A stretch of 64,000 nucleotides of DNA from Psilocybe cubensis. Taxonomy: Eukaryota. This document shows positions 27,488 through 37,240 of the stretch, piece by piece. The notes beneath the pieces were generated by a model that was given only the letters and a program-made list of their open reading frames with translations, was not told the origin of the DNA and searched no databases. Each line of letters starts with the position of its first letter. Position 1 is the stretch's first letter. The DNA lies in contig CM038998.1 in the NCBI GenBank assembly GCA_017499595.2, positions 4,154,001-4,218,000 on the forward strand, read 5' to 3'. Both the position numbers and the translations under genes were made by a program.

Positions 27488-28462
27488 ATGTCCAACTTTG
27501 ATGTGGATATCGGTGCAATGGACGAAGTGATATTCAGACTCCAAGGCATAGTTAGCGACAAGATGCTACCACCAATGGCAAAGCCTGCTTCGTACGTCCA
27601 CTCCATTGAGGTGAATTAATTACAAATGAGGACTGTTACAGCTGCGACAGAACGGTCAAGCAACAACCATATTTATGTACCGCCATTGCTATCACGGGAC
27701 TCGGAGACATTGTGTTCAATAAGGTGATGGAAAAGCTAGAAGAAGTTTTCCTCCGTTTTGCAAACAATTTTCCCGCGGACAGCGTCAGCGGCTATGACCC
27801 AGTTCTTCACAAAGACACGGGTTTCAATGTTTTCCATGCACATAGCCAATATTTCACGAAGGTATCCACATATCAAGACAAATCTGACAACATAGGTTTT
27901 CATCCCCTGGTCGACCCTGATAACGTGTTGGCGTCCATGGTAGGGGACAGTTTCATCCACGCAATCGATAACAAGGTACAGTTTCTTTGTCGGGAGATAC
28001 TTCCTGACGGAACAGCCAGGTATGTTTAGAAAATACCAACAACACATCACAACCAAACTAATATCATGTTGCAACAGATATTATTCTTATAATCCTGCCT
28101 CCATACAAATTGGAGACATTGTCGAGATCAGTGTTGCCTTTGTCGCATTTCCTGCCCAAGGAAACAAGTACAAATTTGTTGTCGCTCTTCGCGGAATACT
28201 TGTCTTGGACCAGGAGGCAAGAGAGGTAAGCAATGTTACATTGAACAGTCTCATAGCCATTCATAACTTCCAACAGAAAGCTCATATTCTCAGAATGCGG
28301 TTGCGCTATACTCCAGCAAAAAGACAGGTTGCTGTTTTGTGTAGGACAAAGAGGCAGCTGTACAAAGGTCAGATTGACATTGAAGACACGCAACAGAGGA
28401 TGGCACATATGCGCTTAAATGAGGACACAGTCCACAATAGCAATACTATGTCCCAAGATTAA
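27488..28462 (+). CDS. Cargo gene 2 of outer element X: uncharacterised protein, multi-exon
   Basis: Spliced MSNFDVDIGAMDEVIFRLQGIV...ITGLGDIVFNK...SQYFT...VDPDNVL...HAIDNKVQF...YNPASIQIGDIVEISVAF...LRGILVLD; GT-AG introns. Confidence 0.6.
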
Positions 28463-28607
28463 TACATATGTACATAGAAAGACAAGGATATCATAAATGT
28501 GCTGAAGGAACAATCAATCGATTTGCGTGAACATTGTAAATAACAAGGAATAATTTGTCAAGTCATTTTCATGACAGAAATTATCTGAAGGTGTTAGTTG
28601 GCACCCC

Positions 28608-28787
28608 ATGGGAGAATCCTGCGTACACTGTACGCAGAATATTCCCACACTTGGCTGAATATCGGCGAGGAAGTCCGTGGGAGAATTCTGCGTACACTGT
28701 ACGCAGAATATTCCCACACTTGGCTGAATATCGGGAGAGGTTGACCGTGGGAATATTCTGCGTACACTGTACGCAGGATATTCCCAC
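28608..28787. repeat. Three tandem 41-bp palindromes, period 69-70 bp
   Basis: GTGGGAATATTCTGCGTACA-C-TGTACGCAGAATATTCCCAC variants at 28608, 28677 and 28747. Confidence 0.92.
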
Positions 28788-28868
28788 GCTCATTCGCAAG
28801 TCAAACTTACAAATTAAGACAAAAAGAATGAGGACGAGAACACAAGTTTATTTCGAACAAAAATTTGA

Positions 28869-29844
28869 CTAAGGATGGAAGAAATTACAAATATCCATTC
28901 CACAAGAGGCTTTGTGGTTGAGGGCGATGCAACCAAAAAATATCTGCCTTTCTGGATAGCAAATACAAAACAGTTGCATGTACACGGTCATCTTTTTGCC
29001 TACATTACAGGAATTAAATTGACAAATACTAAAACTAAAGAGCACACACCTTATACCCCTTTCCCAGGATTTGATAGCTTTTTTGACACGCTTGTGTAAT
29101 TGGTAAACATCTGCCGCTGTGTAGTGAAAATCTAATGCGATACCGCTGATGTGACGGACACCAAAATGCAAACAATCAAATTCATTGAGCAACAATGCCC
29201 ACGAATTGGCTTCAACAAAGGAAGTCTGATTTGCTTTGGGTAAAAGAGGCAAAGAATAAACCCAACAATGCCTGTCGCCAACCCGTCTAATCCCAGGAGA
29301 GAACAACTCTGGATAAGGATCGTAATCCAGCACAACGAGAACATGACCACGAGATGAACTATACCCAACATTTACGTTGTCTCTGATAGACTGTATCCTG
29401 CTTTGGATATGGCGGTCCATTTTTAAAGTTTGCAATGGAATGGAAAGAACAAATTTCAAGCCACGGGAATGATATTTTGCAAGAAATTTTTGCGCGCGCT
29501 TGAGGTTGGCAGAAGGTTGCAACAAAGAGACTTGATGTCCAAAGGTAGCATTTGGATACAAGCTGTACACCTTCTCAAAGGTAACAAAATTCATGACGCC
29601 AGCTGCAGTAGAACAAAATTGAAGTTAACATTGTTTTGACACATGACATTGGGGACATACTGCTATGATACCCCAAAATGCACTCTACCACCAATTGACA
29701 AGTTGTAATCAGTTGGACAAAAGAACCTTGGCACCATAGGTTAACGACCACTCCAGTGGTATTGTAATATCGATGAAGAGGATGTTTATCTGTGCTCGAC
29801 ATACATGTCCATGTCACCCGGAATCCATATATTAGCACGATTGA
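28869..29844 (-). pseudogene. 3' part of cargo gene 1 in outer element X (5' part at 36533-36845); disrupted by element Y and by a ~120-bp deletion near 29788
   Basis: Reverse complement of 33579-34673; lacks inner-copy bases ~33637-33755. Confidence 0.75.
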
Positions 29845-31701
29845 TTACAAAACTTTATGTAAGTAAAGCAAGTTCTTTTATCCCCACAACCCACTGTACA
29901 AAAATATGTCCTTGCCAATTGTCCCCATCAGTAAATCATTGATGCCATTAAAATTGCGTGATTAATACCGGTTTTTTACTTAACCGGTATGCTTGACTTA
30001 ATAATCGGTTACTATCATAGAATTTCTGTTAGTTTTTGTTCCTACCAAGGGGATATGGAAATTAAAATACTAGATATTAGCTAGGTAGATAGGTTAGCTG
30101 CCATATGGTAGAAAACAAAATTAGATACCATTACATTATGACTTTTTAATTGCAAGTTAAACATTTTGACGCAGATAATCATTGCTCATAACCAAAAATT
30201 TTATAATAATGACCTCATTCAACTGATTTAAGGCCATTAATTAGTCACAATCAATTACATACCAACTGTTTTGCATGCTTTATACACCTCTAACGGCAAG
30301 TAGAGGTAAATAGAATGCTTTATTGTTATCAAAAAAAATTTAGCATGAATGACTAGCAGACTGTAATGGCATAGAATAAAGAATAATAAACATTATGTAT
30401 CTAGCTATTATCTTTAATGCCACTTCAAATAACTTGTCATATTAAACTTGTTGTGCTGTTCATACTGGCCATGAATTAATAAGCAGACTGTGGGAATAAC
30501 TTGCATATAGTGTATGCAAGTTATTCTCACGGTTGCCGCACTTTGCATTGAGCAACTTGAACTTCTCTGGTAATTCCTAATATATTACTGAGATGCATTG
30601 CATATACTTTAGGTAAAATACAAGTATTTTTGGCAATAATAATTATTGTCAGTCCTAGTTTAGATGATCTTATTATATTTTACTTGCTGTGGTGTTTGTA
30701 CTGGCCGTGAATTAATAAGCAGGTCGTGGGAATATCCTGCGCACACTGTACGCAGGATATTCCCACGGTCACTATACTCAATTTGCATTGAGCACTGGCC
30801 ACTTTGGTCAAGAGATGGTCATTTTGAATAATGTTTTCCATGCATTGAATGTATTTTGGGGAAGAAATAATGCACTAACACTTGCAAATTATGCTTGAAA
30901 TATGTTTCCACACAGCCAATTGTGTTCACAGCAACATCAAACTATACCAAAAAGAAATATGCGCACCAAACAAATGTTTTTGCACACAATATTGTTTCAC
31001 TCTTGATGCACTTTTCAAAAATAAGAAAATTACGAGTCTTTACGTAAGTAAAGATGAGTTCTTTTATCCCCACAACCCAGCGAGCAAAAATGTCCTAGCC
31101 AATTGTCCCCATCAAAATATTATTGATGCGATCAATGTCGTTACCGCTATCGGTATTTTCCTTAAGCGGTCACCGGACCCCCTAAGCAACCCCTTTCCAA
31201 TTCATTCTACGACTTCTTTTTACCATTGGTTACTTTAAAGGTTGTTTTTGATTTGTTTTGATCGCAATGTGAATGTGCGTTTCCATAAAATTAATTATAC
31301 CCAACAACAATAGTCCTACTCAATTCACTTTTTTGCGTTGTTGTTTAATTTTTAAAACCATGTGGAACCGTCTAGCCAACGTGCTTATATATTGTACTAA
31401 TACTTAGAGATGGAACCAAATGCACTCTTTGAACTATGGGTCTGAAAGGTTGGAAATAGAACTGTGCAGGCACACACGTTCCTTGATATCGGTAGCTTCA
31501 TCAATCAGAGTTCAAATAGAAATAATTACGCGTTCTTGGGTTCTGGGCGTTCTGTACTATTTGAATTTGATTTTCTGATTCATGATCGTTTCTCACGCAT
31601 ACTAATTTGTTCTTCCCCTACGTCGGGCATCTATCAGCTTACGGTTAATATATTTATTGACGTAGTATAGACAATGCACTTTTCTCCGCACTGTTTTACC
31701 C

Positions 31702-34673
31702 ATGGCTTCCGCGTTATCCCCCCGTTTCCAACAGTATGTTCACTGTTTTATCTCATTTGGTTATTACTTATTTTTTAGAGTCTTTCCGCCTCCTATGGAC
31801 GATGTGTACATGGATCAGATGGATCTGAAAACCCTCTACCGTTTCTCTTGGACTTGCAAGGAGCTAAACGACCGCGTTTCGGGCTATATGCGCCGCGCCT
31901 TCCGTCCCAAAAATTTATTTGCTCCTATCTTCAAACCCAATGAACATTTGCTGTTTTGTCTTCTCCAGTTCAAGACTGGCCTGGTTATTTCAGGTTCCAC
32001 CGTTTTGCATTTTACTTGTTTTAGTGGTCCAACGCAAAGCGTGGCATGACAAGACTTTACATCTCACAATTGTATAAAATATTTTTTAATCTAGATTTAT
32101 ATAACATAGTTAATATATATTAATATGTTCTGAATGCACAGCCAGATACTGGGCAAGGTTATAATTAATTACTATGACTTAGGTCTACTACAAGCTTAGT
32201 TGTGTCAGACACAAAAAATAGCTGTACAGGTTATAAGGCCTAATTGTAAGGAAGAACTTGTCTATTATAATTTTCATACCTGCTAAATATTGAAGAATTC
32301 CAGATCTGCTGGGAGAATTCTGTATGGAAAACTGATGGAAGAATGCTCATGTGTATGGCTGCCCAAGTGGGGACATATTTCCCATAAATATAATTTTCTT
32401 ATTTTTGAAAAGTGCATCAAGAGTGAAACAATATTGTGTGCAAAAACATTTGTTTGGTGCGCATATTTCTTTTTGGCATAGTTTGATGTTGCTGTGAACA
32501 CAATTGGCTGTGTGGAAACATATTTCAAGCATAATTTGCAAGTGTTAGTGCATTATTTCTTCCCCAAAATACATTCAATGCATGGAAAACATTATTCAAA
32601 ATGACCATCTCTTGACCAAAGTGGCCAGTGCTCAATGCAAATTGAGTGTAGTGACCGTGGGAATATCCTGCGTACAGTGTGCGCAGGATATTCCCACGAC
32701 CTGCTTATTAATTCACGGCCAGTACAAACACCACAGCAAGTAAAATATAATAAGATCATCTAAACTAGGACTGAAAATAATTATTATTGCCAAAAATACT
32801 TGTATTTTACCTAAAGTATATGCAATGCATCTCAGTAATATATCAGGAATTACCAGAGAAGTTCAAGTTGCTCAATGCAAAGTGCGGCAACCGTGAGAAT
32901 AACTTGCATACACTATATGCAAGTTATTCCCACAGTCTGCTTATTAATTCATGGCCAGTATGAACAGCACAACAAGTTTAATATGACAAGTTATTTGAAG
33001 TGGCATTAAAGATAATAGCTAGATACATAATGTTTATTATTCTTTATTCTATGCCACCACAGTCTGCTAGTCATTCATGCTAAATTTTTTTTGATAACAA
33101 TAAAGCATTCTATTTACCTCTACTTGACGTTAGAGGTGTATAAAGCATGCAAAACAGTTGGTATGTAATTGATTGTGACTAATTAATGGCCTTAAATCAG
33201 TTGAATGAGGTCATTATTATAAAATTTTTGGTTATGAGCGATGATTATCTGCATCAAAATGTTTAACTTGCAATTAAAAAGTCATAATGTAATGGTATCT
33301 AATTTTGTTTTCTACCATATGGCAGCTAACCTATCTACCTAGCTAATATCTAGTATTTTAATTTCCATATCCCCTTGGTAGGAACAAAAACTAACAGAAA
33401 TTCTATGATAGTAACCAATTATTAAGTCAAGCATACCGGTTAAGTAAAAAACCGGTATTAATCACACAATTTTGATGGCATCAATGATTTACTAATGGGG
33501 ACAATTGGCAAGGACATATTTTTGTACAGTGGGTTGTGGAGATAAAAGAACTCGCTTTACTTACATAAAGTTTCGTAATCAATCGTGCTAATATATGGAT
33601 TCCGGGTGACATGGACATGTATGTCGAGCACAGATATGCTCTTCCCGTTCTTTCCTGGATGATGTCCATTGGATTTACTATCATGCTGCATCCCAAATAT
33701 CCGGACAACACCACAGCGGAAAAAATTTTGAAAATGGAAAAAATCGTCCTTCAGAAACATCCTCTTCATCGACATTACAATACCACTGGAGTGGTCGTTA
33801 ACCTATGGTGCCAAGGTTCTTTTGTCCAACTGATTACGACTTGTCAATCGGTGGTAGAGTGCATTTTGGGGTATCATAGCAGTATGTCCCCAATGTCATG
33901 TGTCAAAACAATGTTAACTTCAATTTTGTTCTACTGCAGCCGGCGTCATGAATTTTGTTACCTTTGAGAAGGTGTACAGCTTGTATCCAAATGCTACCTT
34001 TGGACATCAAGTCTCTCTGTTGCAACCTTCTGCCGACCTCAAGCGCGCGCAAAAATTTCTTGCAAAATATCATTCCCATGGCTTGAAATTTGTTCTTTCC
34101 ATTCCATCGCAAACTTTGAAAATGGACCGCCATATCCAAAGCAGGATACAGTCTATCAGGGACAACGTAAATGTTGGGTATAGTTCATCTCGTGGTCATG
34201 TTCTCATTGTGCTGGATTACGATCCTTATCCAGAGTTGTTCTCTCCTGGGATTAGACGGGTTGGCGACAGGCATTGTTGGGTTTATTCTTTGCCTCTTTT
34301 ACCCAAAGCAAATCAGACTTCCTTTGTTGAAGCCAATTCGTGGGCATTGTTGCTCAATGAATTTGATTGTTTGCATTTTGGTGTCCGTCGCATCAGCGGT
34401 ATCGCATTAGATTTTCACTACACAGCGGCAGATGTTTACCAATTACACAAGCGTGTCAAAAAAGCTATCAAATCCTGGGAAAGGGGTATAAGGTGTGTGC
34501 TCTTTAGTTTTAGTATTTGTCAATTTAATTCCTGTAATGTAGGCAAAAAGATGACCGTGTACATGCAACTGTTTTGTATTTGCTATCCAGAAAGGCAGAT
34601 ATTTTTTGGTTGCATCGCCCTCAACCACAAAGCCTCTTGTGGAATGGATATTTGTAATTTCTTCCATCCTTAG
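31702..34673 (+). pseudogene. Cargo gene 1 of inner X: F-box-like N-terminus plus GS...DxD motif, interrupted by element Y'; 3' end approximate
   Basis: Removing 32015-33578 restores the frame TGLVISGSTVLHF-INRANIWIPGDMDMYVEH...VQLITTCQSVVECILGYHS-(intron)-AGVMNFVTFEKVYSLYP. Confidence 0.75.
32015..33578 (-). mobile_element. Small non-coding related element Y' (~1.56 kb) inserted in cargo gene 1 of inner X
   Basis: Same terminal motifs as X, diverged: 5' TTACGAAACTTTATGTAAGTAAAGCGAGTTCTTTTATC; 3' ...CATGCCACGCTTTGCGTTGGACCACTAAAACAAG. AT-rich, no credible ORF. Confidence 0.8.
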
Positions 34674-34754
34674 TCAAATTTTTGTTCGAAATAAACTTGT
34701 GTTCTTGTCCTCATTCTTTTTGTCTTAATTTGTAAGTTTGACTTGCGGATGAGC

Positions 34755-34934
34755 GTGGGAATATTCTGCGTACAGTGTACGCAGAATATTCCCACGGTCA
34801 ACCTCTCCCGATATTCAGCCGAGTGTGGGAATATTCTGCGTACAGTGTACGCAGAATTCTCCCACGGACTTCCTCGCCAATATTCAGCCGAGTGTGGGAA
34901 TATTCTGCGTACAGTGTACACAGGATTCTCCCAT
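34755..34934. repeat. Three tandem 41-bp palindromes (inner-copy counterpart of 28608-28787)
   Basis: 34755-34795 has perfect 20-bp arms around a central G; further units at 34825 and 34894. Confidence 0.92.
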
Positions 34935-35079
34935 GGGGTGCCAACTAACACCTTCAGATAATTTCTGTCATAAAAATGACTTGACAAATTATTCCTTGTT
35001 ATTTACAATGTTCACGCAAATGGATTAATTGTTTGTTCAGCACATTTATAATATCCTTGTCTTTCTATGTACATATGTA

Positions 35080-36054
35080 TTAATCTTGGGACATAGTATT
35101 GCTATTGTGGACTGTGTCCTCATTTAAGCGCATACGTGCCATCCTCTGTTGCGTGTCTTCAATGTCAATCTGACCTTTGTACAGCTGCCTCTTTGTCCTA
35201 CACAAAACAGCAACCTGTCTTTTCGCTGGAGTATAGCGCGACCGCATTCTGGGAATATGAGCTTTCTGTTGGAAGTTATGAATGGCTATGAGACTGTTCA
35301 ATGTAACATTGCTTACCTCTCTTGCCTCCTGGTCCAAGACAAGTATTCCGCAAAGAGCGACAACAAATTTGTACTTGTTTCCTTGGGCAGGAAATGCGAC
35401 AAAGGCAACACTGATCTCGACAATGTCTCCAATTTGTATAGAGGCAGGATTATAAGAATAATATCTGTTGCAACATGATATTAGTTTGGTTGTGATGTGT
35501 TGTTGGTATTTTCTAAACATACCTGGCTGTTCCGTCAGGAAGTATCTCCCGACGAAGAAACTGTACCTTGTTATCGATTGCGTGGATGAAACTGTCCCCT
35601 ACCATGGACGCCAACACGTTATCAGGGTCGACCAGGGGATGAAAACCTATGTTGTCAGATTTGTCTTGATATGCGGATACCTTCGTGAAATATTGGCTAT
35701 GCGCATGGAAAACATTGAAACCCGTGTCTTTGTGAAGAACTGGGTCATAGCCGCTGACGCTGTCCGCGGGAAAATTGTTTGCAAAACGGAGGAAAACTTC
35801 TTCTAGCTTTTCCATCACCTTATTGAACACAATGTCTCCGAGTCCCGTGATAGCAATGGCGGTACGTAAATATGGTTGTTGCTTGACCGTTCTGTCGCAG
35901 CTGTAACAGTCCTCATTTGTAATTAATTCACCTCAATGGAGTGGACGTACGAAGCAGGCTTTGCCATTGGTGGTAGCATCTTGTCGCTAACTATGCCTTG
36001 GAGTCTGAATATCACTTCGTCCATTGCACCGATATCCACATCAAAGTTGGACAT
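35080..36054 (-). CDS. Cargo gene 2 of inner element X (copy of 27488-28462)
   Basis: ORFs 35513-35830 and 35080-35520 are near-identical to 27712-28029 and 28022-28462. Confidence 0.6.
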
Positions 36055-37140
36055 ATTTATATTATATTATATATATATTATATTATTACAAAGCGTGACG
36101 CTGAATCGTAAAGACTCGTCATGCCACGCTCCGCGGTGGCCCACTAAAACAAGTTATATTTATGGGAAATATGTCCCTACTTGGGCAGCCATACACATGA
36201 GCATTTTTCCATCAGTTTTCCATACGGGATTCTCCCAGCAGATCTGGAATTCTTCAATATTTAGCAGGTATGAAAATTATAATAGACAAGTTCTTCCTTA
36301 CAATTAGGCCTTATAACCTGTGCAGCTATTTTTTGTGTCTGACACAACTAAGCTTGTAGTAGACCTAAGTCATAGTAATTAATCATAACCTTGTCCAGTA
36401 TCTGGCTGTGCATTCAGAACATATTAATATATATTAACTATGTTATATAAATCTAGATTAAAAAATATTTTATACAATTGTGAGATGTAAAGTCTTGTCA
36501 TGCCACGCTTTGCGTTGGACCACTAAAACAAGTAAAATGCAAAACGGTGGAACCTGAAATAACCAGGCCAGTCTTGAACTGGAGAAGACAAAACAGCAAA
36601 TGTTCATTGGGTTTGAAGATAGGAGCAAATAAATTTTTGGGACAGAAGGCGCGGCGCATATAGCCCGAAACGCGGTCGTTTAGCTCCTTGCAAGTCCAAG
36701 AGAAACGGTAGAGGGTTTTCAGATCCATCTGATCCATGTACACATCGTCCATGGGAGGCGGAAAGACTCTAAAAAATAAGTAATAACCAAATGAGATAAA
36801 ACAGTGAACATACTGTTGGAAACGGGGGGATAACGCGGAAGCCATGGGTAAAACAGTGCGGAGAAAAGTGCATTGTCTATACTACGTCAATAAATATATT
36901 AACCGTAAGCCAATAGATGCCCAACGTAGGGGAAGAACAAATTGGTATGCGTGAGAAACGATCATGAATCAGAAAATCAAATTCAAATAGTACAGAACAC
37001 CCAGAACCCAAAAACGCGTAATTATTTCTATTTGAACTCTGATTGATGAAGCTACCTATATCAAGGAACATGTGTGCCTGCACAGTTCTATTTCTAACCT
37101 TTCAGACCCATAGTTCAAAGAGTGCATTTGTTCCATCTCT

Positions 37141-37240
37141 AAGTATTAGTACAATATATAAGCACGTTGGCTAGACGGTTCCACATGGTTAAGTATTAGT
37201 ACAATATATAAGCACGTTGGCTAGACGGTTCCACATGGTT
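37141..37240 (+). repeat. Perfect 50-bp tandem duplication present only in outer X
   Basis: AAGTATTAGTACAATATATAAGCACGTTGGCTAGACGGTTCCACATGGTT occurs twice; the inner element has a single copy (~31357-31406, reverse complement). Confidence 0.9.

Larger units (their letters stand above)
31030..36153 (+). mobile_element. Non-autonomous Helentron/Helitron2-like element X, inner complete copy (~5.1 kb)
   Basis: 13-bp asymmetric inverted repeat ACGAGTCTTTACG (31032-31044) / CGTAAAGACTCGT (36107-36119); 5' stem TCTTTAC/GTAAAGA; 3' hairpin 36123-36140. The rejoined empty site equals the reverse complement of 32381-32402, so there is no multi-base TSD. Confidence 0.85.
29845..36532 (+). mobile_element. 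Small non-coding related element Y inside outer X, itself split by inner X
   Basis: Starts TTACAAAACTTTATGTAAGTAAAG (29845); ends GTAAAGTCTTGTCATGCCACGCTTTGCGTTGGACCACTAAAACAAG (36532). Confidence 0.72.

Noticed and set aside
28608-28787. Palindromic repeats with ~28-bp spacers resembling a CRISPR array
   Set aside because: The spacers are near-copies of each other, there are no cas genes and the context is eukaryotic; it is a tandem repeat.
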